A stretch of 64,000 nt of DNA, from positions 480,001 through 544,000 of the forward strand of contig CAVTUQ010000002.1 in assembly GCA_963737905.1 (NCBI GenBank), given 5' to 3'. The position numbers and the translations under genes are program-made. The DNA comes from an uncultured delta proteobacterium (lineage in GTDB: Bacteria > Desulfobacterota > Binatia > UBA9968). Under the pieces are notes generated by a model that was not told where the DNA came from, did no database searches, and worked only from the letters and a program-made list of their open reading frames with translations. Shown in pieces: positions 18,266 through 28,227 of this stretch. Numbering within the stretch: position 1 is the first letter of the stretch; each line of letters starts with the position of its first letter.

Positions 18266-19288
18266 ATGAATAAGATTTCGTTTGGTGTAAGAGTGCCGAA
18301 CTCCGGTCCGCTCTCCAGCATTGAAAACATCGTCAACGCCGCCAAGTCCGCCGAAGAATTGGGATTCGATGCCATCTGGGTTCACGACCACGTGGTCTGG
18401 AGCACCGAGATGCACCGCCATCATATCTCTTCCGGTGCCTTCGAAGCGATCAGCGATTCACAGGAGGCTAATTTCTTCGAAGCCACCACGATCCTCTCAT
18501 ACCTGGCAGCGGAAACGAAAAAAATTGTCCTCGGCGTGGCTTGTTTGGTTATGCCCTGCCGCAATCCGATTTATGCTGCAAAACAGTACTCGACGTTAGA
18601 TCATTTGGCCAACGGCCGGTTGCTGGTCGGCGTCGGCCTCGGCTCCAAGGCGACACGCGAGTCGGATGAATTCGGCGTGTTCGGCGTGCCCTATGAAAGA
18701 CGCGGTGACCGCGCCGATGAATATATTGAGGCGATGAAGGCCGTTTGGACCCAACCCTTGGCATCCTATAAAGGGGAGTTCATCGAGTTTAAAAACGCGG
18801 AAGTTTATCCAAAGCCGGTTCAGAAACCTCATCCACCGGTTTGGGTGGGCGGTTGGATGAAGCTCGCCGCCAAACGCGCCGGCAAATACGGCGAAGGCTG
18901 GATCCCCGGCTGGCTTTCCCCGAAAGAAATGAAAGTCGGCTGCGACATCTTGGCCCAGACTGCCCGGGACAATGGGCGCGATCCTTCGAAGATTACCATT
19001 GCAGTGGAAAAACTCGCGACGATTGCGAAAACGCGCGAGGAGGGGCTCAAACTCGCCATGCCGACCTTGAAGACCAGCAGCGAGAGCTACGAGCGCGACA
19101 TCGACAGCATGCAGTTCGCTCTCGACCGCCACATTTTCGGGTCGGTGGACGATGTGCGCCGGCGGATCGATGAATTTATCGAGAACGGCGTGCAGCACTT
19201 CGAGCTCAAGATTATCTATCCCACGATGGACAGCTTGCAACAGCAAATGGAGCTCTGGGCAGAGAACATTCTGCCGCGGTACAATTGA
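18266..19288 (+). CDS. LLM-class flavin-dependent oxidoreductase (F420-dependent-like)
   Basis: AEELGFDAIWVHDH, TLDHLANGRL, PKPVQKPHPPVWVGG. Confidence 0.9.
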   Translation: MNKISFGVRVPNSGPLSSIENIVNAAKSAEELGFDAIWVHDHVVWSTEMHRHHISSGAFEAISDSQEANFFEATTILSYLAAETKKIVLGVACLVMPCRNPIYAAKQYSTLDHLANGRLLVGVGLGSKATRESDEFGVFGVPYERRGDRADEYIEAMKAVWTQPLASYKGEFIEFKNAEVYPKPVQKPHPPVWVGGWMKLAAKRAGKYGEGWIPGWLSPKEMKVGCDILAQTARDNGRDPSKITIAVEKLATIAKTREEGLKLAMPTLKTSSESYERDIDSMQFALDRHIFGSVDDVRRRIDEFIENGVQHFELKIIYPTMDSLQQQMELWAENILPRYN

Positions 19289-19292
19289 ACAG

Positions 19293-19368
19293 CCGTTCAA
19301 GGTTCAATAGTTCAAGGGTTCAAGGTGAGCGAGCGAGAACATTGAACCCTGAACTCTGGAACTATTGA
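19293..19368. repeat. Intergenic GTTCAA / TTGAAC repeat hairpin (7-8-bp period)
   Basis: GTTCAAG GTTCAATA GTTCAAGG GTTCAAG ... TTGAACC CTGAAC. Confidence 0.75.
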
Positions 19369-19387
19369 GACGGCGCGAAGCACATTT

Positions 19388-19864
19388 ATGCAAATTTCAC
19401 TTACAACTGAACGGCAACCGATGGAGGTCGAGTGCGAGCCGCAGGAAACTCTCGCTGAAGTTCTGCGCAACACGCTCAATCTAAACGGTACGAAGGTTTC
19501 CTGCGAAGTCCAGGTTTGCGGCGCCTGCACGGTATTGGTGGATGGTCTGCCCGTCAGCGCGTGCACCTATTTGGCCTACGAAGCGCGCGACAAAAGTGTT
19601 ACGACCATCGAAGGATTGGAAAAACCCGACGGCACGCTCCATCCACTGCAGCAAGCGTTCATCGATGAGTTTGCCTTTCAATGCGGCTATTGCACGCCCG
19701 GCATGATCATGTCGGCAAAGGCCTTATTGGATGAAAACCCCAAGCCCACGCGCGATGAGATCATCCATCACATGGACGGCAACATCTGCCGTTGCACCGG
19801 CTATGTGCCTATCGTCGCCGCGATTCAGCGCGCGGCCGAAGTGATGGCTAAGGAGAAACGATAG
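19388..19864 (+). CDS. (2Fe-2S)-binding small subunit, xanthine dehydrogenase/CoxS family
   Basis: CEVQVCGAC, QCGYCTPG, CRCTGY. Confidence 0.93.
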   Translation: MQISLTTERQPMEVECEPQETLAEVLRNTLNLNGTKVSCEVQVCGACTVLVDGLPVSACTYLAYEARDKSVTTIEGLEKPDGTLHPLQQAFIDEFAFQCGYCTPGMIMSAKALLDENPKPTRDEIIHHMDGNICRCTGYVPIVAAIQRAAEVMAKEKR

Positions 19865-22192
19865 TGAGCGACGAGAAAAAGATCGACTTTCAGGTCGTCA
19901 ACCACTCCGTGCCCCGCCGCGACGGCCGGGTCAAAGTCACCGGCAAGGCCCAATACGTCGCTGACCTGAAGCTCATCGGCATGGCTTACGCCAAAGTACT
20001 GCGCAGCCCTTATGCCCACGCGAAAATTATTTCCATCGATAAGTCGCGGGCGGAATCACATCCCGGTGTTTATTGCGTCGTCACGGGTTACGACCTCGAA
20101 GGGATCAATCCCTATTATGGTCACGCCGTGAAAGATCACCCGCTCCTCGCCATCGAGAAGGTCCGTTATGCCGGAGAACCGGTGGCCGCCGTCGTGGCGG
20201 TCGACGAACGGACCGCGTTCGAAGCGCTGGAATTCATCGACGTCAAGTACGAAGAACTGAATGCCGTCTTTACGCCACAAGAAGCTCTAGCCCAAGACGC
20301 GCCGCTATTGCACGAACGGAAATTCGAGGCCGGCGCCCTACGCGGTTTCGAAGGCGATGTCACCGCCGGTAAAGGGACGAATATCTGCCAAACCCATAAA
20401 ATCCAGTGGGGCGACGTCGAAAAAGCTTTCAAAGAAGCCGCGGCCATGGTCGAGGGCAACTATTATTTTCCCATGGCCTATGCGTACGCCATGGAACCCT
20501 ACGTCGCCATCGCCGAAGTTAACGATCAGGGCGTAACTATTTACTCCTCGGCGCAGCATCCCTTCATGGTGCGCCACGATTTAAAGTCGGTCTTCAATCT
20601 GCCCGTCAGCTCGGTCCGCTTGATCGTCCCGTTTGTCGGCGGCGGATACGGCAGTAAGTCCTATACCAAGATCGAACCGTTGGTCGCCGCTTGTTCGTGG
20701 AAAGCGAAACGGCCGGTCAAACTGCAGCTTACCGTCGAAGAGGCGATGCTGACGACCCGCAGCGACGATGCGTACACCTGGATGCGTACCGCCGTGGATG
20801 CCAATGGCAAGATCATCGCGTCGTCAAGCGAAGATTGTAATGAACACCGGGGCCTATGCGGAGAATAGCCCGCTGGTCGTGGAGAAATCGACCAACCGAT
20901 GCGTCGGCCCCTATGCGATCCCCAATGTCCTGATCGAGAACGCCTCGCTCTATACCAATACCGTTCCCGCCAGTTCTTATCGCGGCTTCGGTTGCGCCCA
21001 GGTAACCTTGCCCGGCGAATCGCAGATCGATGAACTGGCCGCAAAGATCGGGAAAGATCCCTACGAGTTTCGCTTGGCGAATGCAGCGAAGCCGGGCGAG
21101 GAATTTTTCCCCGGCATGCGCCCATTTGACGGCACGCTCAGGGAAGATTTAGAAACCGCCGCGAAGGCGATCGGTTGGGGAGAACCGCTTCCCAAAGGCC
21201 ATGGCCGTACCGTCGCTTGCTCTGGTAGCGACGCCGGCGCCTATCCGCTAACGTCCACCGCTATCCGCGTCCATGCCGACGGTTCAGCGACGATCATGAC
21301 CGGCAGCACAGAGTTGGGTCAGGGAAGCCACACGGTTCTGCCGCAGATCGCCGCCGAGGAATTGGGCATACCCTTCGAGAAAGTCCGCGTGGTCTCTTCC
21401 GATACCGCCATCACGCCCTACGATCGTTCCACCGGCGCGAGCCGCACGACCACCCTAATGGGTAGCGCCGTTCTCGAAGCGAGCCGCGAAGCGATTCAGC
21501 AGATGGTCGTCATGGCCGCCGACGTGCTTAAAGTCAATACCGAACAGATCCAAGTCGTTCGCGGCGGCGTGCGCTGCGGAGAAACGCAATTAACCTGGTC
21601 GGAAGTCATCAGCAAGTTCTACGCTTTGCCGGATGGCGAAGTGATCGGCCGGGCCTATATTCGAAAATCCGGCAGATTTTCCGCCCTGCCGGTTTTCTGG
21701 GAAACGGCGGCCACGGGTGTCGAGATCTCCGTCGACGAAGAGACCGGTAAGATCACCATGGAGAAACTCGCCACCGTCGGCGATGTAGGACTCGCCATCA
21801 ATCCGGCGCTGGCCGAAGGCCAAGACATCGGCGCCGCGACCATGGGTATGGGGATCGGTCTTTTTGAAGAGCTCGTCTACGAGGGATCGCAATTGGTCAA
21901 CGGATCGATCTTAGATTATCGCCTCCCGCGCTTTTCCGATTTGCCGAAGGAAGTAGAGCTTCATCTGGTGCAAAACCAGGACGGGGTCGGTCCCTACGGA
22001 GCCAAGGGCGGCGGCGAAGCCTCTTTGAACTCCATGGCCGCCAACATCGCCAACGCCGTCGACCGCGCCGTTGGCGTGCGCATCCGCCAAGCACCGCTCA
22101 CACCCGAGAGAGTCTGGCGGGCGATGAAAGATAAGAAGCAGTTCAAGTTCAAGGATTCAAAGTTCAAGGAAGAAGATTCCGGAACTCGTTGA
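19864..22192 (+). CDS. Molybdopterin-binding large subunit, xanthine dehydrogenase family; 1-bp frameshift near 20821
   Basis: KVTGKAQY, VGGGYGSK, then SYRGFG and GPYGAKGGGE in the next frame; halves join at KIIA/RQAKIV. Confidence 0.88.
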
Positions 22193-22215
22193 ACCTTGAA
22201 CATTGAACCTGGAAC
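22141..22215. repeat. GTTCAA / TTGAAC repeat hairpin overlapping the large-subunit stop
   Basis: GTTCAAGTTCAAGGATTCAAAGTTCAAG ... TTGAACCTTGAACATTGAACCTGGAAC. Confidence 0.75.
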
Positions 22216-22226
22216 GAGCAATATTT

Positions 22227-23081
22227 ATGATGCCCTTAAGACGTTTCACGATTCATCAACCGAAGACCATCGCTGAGGCGTCCCAGATGCTCGGCGAGTT
22301 TGGCGAGAAGGGCCGGCTCTATGCCGGCGGTACCGAGCTCTTGCTCGCGATGAAGCATGACCTGCTGCGTTATGAGCATTTGGTCGACGTAAAGGCAATT
22401 CCCGATCTGAATAAAATCGAATTGAAAAATGGCGCGCTCACCATCGGCAGCACCGCAACTCACCGCTCCATCGAACGTTCGGCGGTTGTAAAGGAAACCT
22501 TGCCGGTGCTTGCTCAAACGGCAACCCAGGTCGCCAACGTGCGCGTGCGCGCAAGCGGGACTTTGGGCGGTAATCTGTGTTTTGCCGAACCGCACTCTGA
22601 TCCGGCGACCTTGTTATTGGCTCTGGGCGGCAGAGGGCGAGTGCAAGGAAAAGCTGGAACAAAGACCGTAGGGATCGACAAGCTCATTACAGGCGCCTAT
22701 GAAACTTCGCTAGCCACTGATGAACTCTTGACTGGAGTTGAGATTCCGATACCCGCAAAATCCCAACGAGCCGCCTATCTGAAATTTCAACTGCACGAAC
22801 GACCAACGTTGGGATTGGCCCTGGTGCTAGATCTTGATGGAGATAACATCAAGGCAGCTACCGCGGTCGTCGGAAGCGTCAGCGCGGTCCCAACCCAATC
22901 CGCCAAGGCCAATGCGCTCTTGATTGGTTCCAAAGCGCAAGTCGAAAAGCAACTACTGGACGCAGCAGAAGCTCTGGCCCAAGCTGCCGATCCGGTAGAT
23001 GATCTCGAAGGCAGCGCCGAATACAAACGCCATCTGATCGGGGTATTTTTGAGGCGAGCGTTTGCTCAGGCATTGTCCTAA
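22227..23081 (+). CDS. FAD-binding medium subunit, xanthine dehydrogenase/CoxM family
   Basis: AGGTELL, RASGTLGGNLC, GSAEYKRHL. Confidence 0.92.
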   Translation: MMPLRRFTIHQPKTIAEASQMLGEFGEKGRLYAGGTELLLAMKHDLLRYEHLVDVKAIPDLNKIELKNGALTIGSTATHRSIERSAVVKETLPVLAQTATQVANVRVRASGTLGGNLCFAEPHSDPATLLLALGGRGRVQGKAGTKTVGIDKLITGAYETSLATDELLTGVEIPIPAKSQRAAYLKFQLHERPTLGLALVLDLDGDNIKAATAVVGSVSAVPTQSAKANALLIGSKAQVEKQLLDAAEALAQAADPVDDLEGSAEYKRHLIGVFLRRAFAQALS

Positions 23082-23704
23082 TTTCCCACCATGCATGTGA
23101 GTGATTTTAGTTCTCTTAGCTGAAGCAACCAGCTTAAGGGAGAGAAACCTTGCATTAGCGCTTGCGCCAAAAATCAACTTGAAACGACAATTTTTCCTTC
23201 AATCTGACCTGGACGGTGACCGATTTAACAACAGCGATAACGAATTTGTCCGCCTGAATGGAAATGGCAACGCGTCAGACTTGCTTTTTCAGCTAGATTC
23301 ACCTCCTTTTGTTTCTTGCACGATTCTTGCTGCGAAGTCCTTCATTGACTACGCCATAGCTGATCCCAACAGAGACCTTTCCCGCGGGAGGTGTTATGGA
23401 TCTTTTTAGGGAATTTCTCCGGCGATTATCAACTGAGCTTAATCCATTTTGGAAATGGACCATCAGACATTGGCCCGTGGTCGTAGTCTCCCTCATCGCC
23501 GCATTCTTGCTGGCAAAATATTGGAACAAACGGAAATCGTAAGAACTGTCGCACCCCACGACCGGGGAACAAATACCTGCACAACGTTTGGCTCCAGTCC
23601 TTCACCGATCCGCTTTTCGCGCACCTCAGATTCTTGACCCTTGGCCATATCCTGAGATAAGTTTTCCGCAGATAACGGTGATTGAATAATTTAAGGGGGA
23701 TCAG

Positions 23705-24157
23705 ATGACCGGCGAGAAAACCGTAGACACTATCACCTTTCGGATTCGGCACACGATGATCCTGGTCAGCGATCTCGACCAGAGCATCGACTTTTACACT
23801 CGCCTTCTTGGCATGGATATCCAGCGCATAAGGCCCAATCCGGAGAAGCACGAGCGCGTCGGTTACCTTGGCTACGGCAGTGAGGACGAGAATCCGGGAC
23901 TGGAATTGATCGAGACGGGTGGCCCTGGTCACGTCAAAGAAATGCGCCCATGGTACGGCCATGTCGCCTTGTATGTTTCCGATCTCTACAAGTTATCCGA
24001 AAAGTTAAAAGCGGCGGGAGTAAGATTTACCCTCGCTCCCCAACCTAACCGGCCTGGCAGCCAAGACCACGTGGCATTCATCCTCGACCCCGACGGTTAC
24101 ACCCTGGAACTCACCGAGCGTCACTCCAAGAGCGGACTACCGTTGCAGCGTCCGTGA
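23705..24157 (+). CDS. VOC family protein (lactoylglutathione lyase-like)
   Basis: HTMILVSDLDQSIDFYT, GHVALYVSD, DPDGYTLEL. Confidence 0.88.
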   Translation: MTGEKTVDTITFRIRHTMILVSDLDQSIDFYTRLLGMDIQRIRPNPEKHERVGYLGYGSEDENPGLELIETGGPGHVKEMRPWYGHVALYVSDLYKLSEKLKAAGVRFTLAPQPNRPGSQDHVAFILDPDGYTLELTERHSKSGLPLQRP

Positions 24158-24174
24158 TCCCGTATTTGTTTATC

Positions 24175-25272
24175 TCAACGAACGAAAAGCTCTCGATATC
24201 GACGGCTATACTCTTCTAGCTTTTCGGCGAGCTGAACGCGGCTCGGAAAAACCTTGAGATGCGCGGGATAGCCTTCCGGCTTTAGACCCGGCCTTGCCGA
24301 CTCCCTGCCTCTCTGGATAAATATCCTTTGTCCTTCGTCGGAGATGGCAAAGTCAATGAACAGCTTCGCCGCGTTCAAATGCGGTGCGTGATTAACCACA
24401 CTGATGGGGTGAGTCGCCACGATGCACGGTTCAAAAGCGATCCAGTCGACGGGCGCGCCTTGCTTCTTCATCAAGTGTGGCCGGTACCAGTAGGCGACGA
24501 TCTGCAAGTCATATTCTCCTGCTCCTAGGAGCTGGGTAGCCAGCGAGCGCCCGTTGCGGATTGCGATTTCTTGCTTGGCGAGCGCTTGCATAAACTCCAG
24601 ACCCTTTTTCTCGCCGACGAGGTAAAGCATATTGGCGAACCAGCGATCTTCGTTCTGGTCCAGCACCATGCGACCCTTCCAGCGCGGATGAAGCAAGTCC
24701 TCGTAGCGCCTCGGCAGTTCATCCCGCTTTACCTTCTCGGTGTTGTAAGCGGTGACGATCAAGTTGTCGTAAAGATCCGTCCAATAACCCTCGGGATCTT
24801 TGAATCCTTCGGGATAAGCGACGGCAAACGGCGACTTGTAGGGCGTGACGAACCCCATCTTTTGCATATGATACGTTTCGAATTCTCCCACGCTCACGGT
24901 GTCGGCCGTATACGTTCCGGTCTTTCGCTCCACATTCATACGGCTAAGGATTTTCTCATGGGTGGAGCGGAAAATGTCGGTTTTAAGGAACGGGTATTTT
25001 CTCTCGAATGCAGCGGTTAAAGACCGCGCAAACTCAGTTTCCACGGACGTGTAGAAGACCAGTTGGCCTTCTCTCTTCGCGCCCTCGATCAACTGACGCT
25101 GTTGTCCATCACCCTCGGCACCATGGAGCGGAGTGCCGAGCAAAGACCAAGAAAGCAACGCCATCCAAAAAATGAATTGGCTCACGATTCTCACCTCCCT
25201 TACGCGCATCTTACTTACGGCGACCCCTTTGAGATGAACGCGCCTGGCTTCTTCGCGTCGCGGCCTGTTCAC
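24175..25272 (-). CDS. Extracellular solute-binding protein (Fe3+/AfuA-like); true start probably downstream of 25272
   Basis: GAKREGQLVFY, AYNT, DLLHPRWKG, APHLNAAKLFIDF. Confidence 0.85.
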   Translation of the reverse strand: MNRPRREEARRVHLKGVAVSKMRVREVRIVSQFIFWMALLSWSLLGTPLHGAEGDGQQRQLIEGAKREGQLVFYTSVETEFARSLTAAFERKYPFLKTDIFRSTHEKILSRMNVERKTGTYTADTVSVGEFETYHMQKMGFVTPYKSPFAVAYPEGFKDPEGYWTDLYDNLIVTAYNTEKVKRDELPRRYEDLLHPRWKGRMVLDQNEDRWFANMLYLVGEKKGLEFMQALAKQEIAIRNGRSLATQLLGAGEYDLQIVAYWYRPHLMKKQGAPVDWIAFEPCIVATHPISVVNHAPHLNAAKLFIDFAISDEGQRIFIQRGRESARPGLKPEGYPAHLKVFPSRVQLAEKLEEYSRRYRELFVR

Positions 25273-25850
25273 AATTTAGAAACAAATCCGCTGCCCTTGA
25301 TGAGAAAGCGCCAAGGCTTGTGCTTCCACTTGCCGGCATAATCGACGCCGATGCGCGGTCTTGCTACGATGCCTGGTGTCGAATCACCGTCATCGCGCAA
25401 ATACAGGACACTGCCACAGAGATCGCTGCCGTTTAAAGCACGGTCAATGGCAAAAGCCTCACAGAGCTTTCCCGGACCACTCGCGAACTGGCGCGGCTCT
25501 TCGATGCCCCTTCGTTTCTTCATCAAGGCGATTCCTTTAACGGGCTCCACCGCGCGGATTAATACCGCCGCAGGAAAATCCTTTTTGTCCGTGACGATGT
25601 TGAGCATGTGATGGAAACCGTACACGAGGTAGACATAAGCATGCCCCGCCGAGCCGAACATGATTTCCGTCCGTGCGGTGCGCCCGCGTGACGCATGGCA
25701 TGCTTTGTCTTCAGGTCCGACATAAGCTTCGGTTTCAACAATCCGGCCAATGGTTGTACCGTCCGGATGCTTTCTTACCAAGTACTTGCCAAGCAGCTGC
25801 CGGGCAACATCAAGGGTGGATTGCTCGTAGAACGAACGGGAGATTTTCAC
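25269..25850 (-). CDS. mpg: DNA-3-methyladenine glycosylase (Mpg/AAG family)
   Basis: GRIVETEAY, YVYLVYG, AVLIRA, GPGKLC, RIGV motifs. Confidence 0.92.
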   Translation of the reverse strand: MKISRSFYEQSTLDVARQLLGKYLVRKHPDGTTIGRIVETEAYVGPEDKACHASRGRTARTEIMFGSAGHAYVYLVYGFHHMLNIVTDKKDFPAAVLIRAVEPVKGIALMKKRRGIEEPRQFASGPGKLCEAFAIDRALNGSDLCGSVLYLRDDGDSTPGIVARPRIGVDYAGKWKHKPWRFLIKGSGFVSKL

Positions 25851-25853
25851 GGC

Positions 25854-26612
25854 CTAATCGAGTGCTTCCTCCAGCCGCTGGGCAAGCTCTTTGCCAAGCT
25901 TGTGGGTCTGGCCTGGATTGTATTTGGTGGTTTTCCATTGCAAGACATCGAACGGCAGTTTCTCGATGGGCGTTGAGCAGATGTGAATACATGGCTTTTT
26001 CAGCGCGTGGGCGTAACCTGTTTCATACAGGACGTTCGGCTTAGCTTCGGAGAGATCGACGAAGACGGCGACCGACTTGCGGATCAGGCTTTGAATCTCA
26101 TCCACAACACTGCCCTGGAACTCGCGCCGGTCGACTCTTGTGCATACCGCACCCACTTGCTCTGCCGCATATCTCATGGCAATGAAAAACACGTCCTCAT
26201 ACTGCGGCGCAAACGGCATGGCCGCAAAGACGAGCTTGCCGACGTTCGTCGCCGTTGGCGGGTTTGAACGCGTCTTTGTCGTTTCAAGCTCAGCCAGAAG
26301 AGCAGGCACCAAACCATCAAGAGTAACGACTCCTTTAGAAGGTAAACTCCTCTTGAGCCCCGGGATCACGACAAAGGCACCGTCTGCCTTCATAGCGTCC
26401 TGATAATTCTGCGCCTGGCGGCTGGCCTCCGTCGTCAATCCAGGAAAATCCCAATCTTTCACCTCCACGATAAACTGCCGCCCATCCGGCGCATAGACGA
26501 TAAAATCAGGCGCAAGGCCGGCGAGGGCTTTTTGTGTGTCGAACTTCAAACCGGCCTCGCGAAGCTGATCCGCGATGATCTTTTCAAAGTCCTTTTCGTT
26601 TTGATCCGCCAT
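25854..26612 (-). CDS. PD-(D/E)XK nuclease-like domain fused to a nucleoside 2-deoxyribosyltransferase-like domain
   Basis: N-terminal PDFIV...FIVEVK; C-terminal FAAMPF...VDLSEAKPNVLYETGYAHALKKP...LPFDV. Confidence 0.7.
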   Translation of the reverse strand: MADQNEKDFEKIIADQLREAGLKFDTQKALAGLAPDFIVYAPDGRQFIVEVKDWDFPGLTTEASRQAQNYQDAMKADGAFVVIPGLKRSLPSKGVVTLDGLVPALLAELETTKTRSNPPTATNVGKLVFAAMPFAPQYEDVFFIAMRYAAEQVGAVCTRVDRREFQGSVVDEIQSLIRKSVAVFVDLSEAKPNVLYETGYAHALKKPCIHICSTPIEKLPFDVLQWKTTKYNPGQTHKLGKELAQRLEEALD

Positions 26613-26825
26613 TTGATCTTTTGCTACTAATTACACCATCGCGGCGCCGCGGCTCAACTCCCCACCGCTCAGCTCAGGCATGCCGTGAAGGTCATCACTA
26701 AGTCCGGCCACCCCGATTTTATGGAAAAGAAGGCGAGAGGAAGGATCGCGTCCCGCAGGGTTGGTTCACATCTTATGGATTCCGCGCCTAGCTCGGAAGC
26801 GTGTTTCAAACACGGACAAATTCAC

Positions 26826-27212
26826 TCACTTCGACTGAGGCAACCCGTCCGTGATTTCAACCCAAGGCGCCTTTGAGCCAACCCAGATATGCTTAGACGG
26901 CTTAACTCCAGGATCGGTATCCAGAGTCCCAAGACGAAGACGGATCGTTTCCTGATGGTCGTCATTTCTCTTTAGGATTGGTGAACCGCACCGGCTGCAA
27001 AAGCATCGCCGCTTCCCCGGAGAGGATTCCCACTCTTTAAGCAACTCAGCCCCGGCGACGAAGCGAAATGACATCGCAGGCACAGAAGCATTGCTGGCGA
27101 ATGCCGCGCCTGCCGCCTTACGACATTGGCTGCAGTGGCAGTTGGTCACCGCCCCGAGGTCCGCGTCGATCTCATATTGGATACCACCACAAAGACATGA
27201 ACCTTTTAGCAT
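26826..27212 (-). CDS. GFA/CENP-V family protein
   Basis: GSCLCG, CHCSQCRK, FCSRCGS. Confidence 0.92.
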   Translation of the reverse strand: MLKGSCLCGGIQYEIDADLGAVTNCHCSQCRKAAGAAFASNASVPAMSFRFVAGAELLKEWESSPGKRRCFCSRCGSPILKRNDDHQETIRLRLGTLDTDPGVKPSKHIWVGSKAPWVEITDGLPQSK

Positions 27213-27249
27213 TCATCCTCCTTTTGATTTTCGTAACCTCCCCAGGAAC

Positions 27250-28215
27250 CTATTTGTTGACTTCTTTAACCAGACTCCAGTCCACCAACTGACTCAATGG
27301 GATTTCTTTGGTCATCTTGAGCCGTTCCTTGGTGAGCTGCACGTCGAGATTGACACCTTTATCGGAAATCATGCCGTCGTCGGTGAAGGAATTGATGGAG
27401 GTGTCGTACGCCTTGGCTGCCTGAGACGGGGTAATGTGGAGATAATCAGACAGCATCTGAATGGTTTCAGCGCGGTTTTGCTTCATAAATCGTGAGCCTC
27501 TAAGGGAGGCCCGTACAACTTTTTTGACTTGTTCGCGTTGGCTCTGGAGCTTTTTGTCCATCACGGCGATGCCCGAGAGCGGCAGCTCAATGATGTCGCC
27601 CAGGTAAAGGAGGCGCCGGAAACCCTCGTCTTCCGCTTTCATCGCGAAAGCCACGTCGATAGGTGTGGCGTCGATGGAGCCCGCGCGCAGCGCCGCCAGA
27701 CGCATAGGACTCTCGCCAGTGACGATAATTTTTATGTCTTTCTCCGGCTCGAAACCGAAGTGCCGCGCCGCCACGCGGGAGAGATAGTCCACGGTACCGG
27801 CGACGGAATCGACGCCGATGATTTTGCCCTTGAGATCCCTGGGAGTTTTGATGTCCGGCCGCGCTATCAAAACGTGCAGCGGCCGGGAGGCCATGCCGAC
27901 CACCGCTTTGAGAGGAACGCCGGTCACCGCGGCCCGTATCGCCGACCCCCATGCCAGCAGATAATCGATATCCCCGGAGATGAGCGCCTTGACGGCGATT
28001 GCCGGCTGCATCTGAACTTTATCAACATCGAGACCCTCATCTCTATAGTATCCTTTGCGCATGGCGACAACGGCAGGAAATTCAAACAGACCGCGACTCG
28101 GCGTGCCCATCACGATTCGTTCCGCACTGACCGCAGGCTCGCCTGACAAGATGAAAACGAGCAAAGCCAGGACGCCTGCGAACTTGACTATTATGTTTGT
28201 CGCAATCATAACCAT
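27250..28215 (-). CDS. ABC substrate-binding protein (NMT1/SsuA-like)
   Basis: KGYYRDEGLDV, DLKGKIIGV, signal peptide. Confidence 0.88.
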   Translation of the reverse strand: MVMIATNIIVKFAGVLALLVFILSGEPAVSAERIVMGTPSRGLFEFPAVVAMRKGYYRDEGLDVDKVQMQPAIAVKALISGDIDYLLAWGSAIRAAVTGVPLKAVVGMASRPLHVLIARPDIKTPRDLKGKIIGVDSVAGTVDYLSRVAARHFGFEPEKDIKIIVTGESPMRLAALRAGSIDATPIDVAFAMKAEDEGFRRLLYLGDIIELPLSGIAVMDKKLQSQREQVKKVVRASLRGSRFMKQNRAETIQMLSDYLHITPSQAAKAYDTSINSFTDDGMISDKGVNLDVQLTKERLKMTKEIPLSQLVDWSLVKEVNK

Positions 28216-28227
28216 AGCTCTCCAGCA

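Noticed and set aside
19388-23081. Aerobic CO dehydrogenase (coxSLM)
   Set aside because: The active-site loop is SYRGFG, not the AYxCSFR of form I CODH.
23101-23690. Short ORFs between the FAD subunit and the VOC gene
   Set aside because: No motifs; at most a degraded membrane-protein fragment near 23450-23540.
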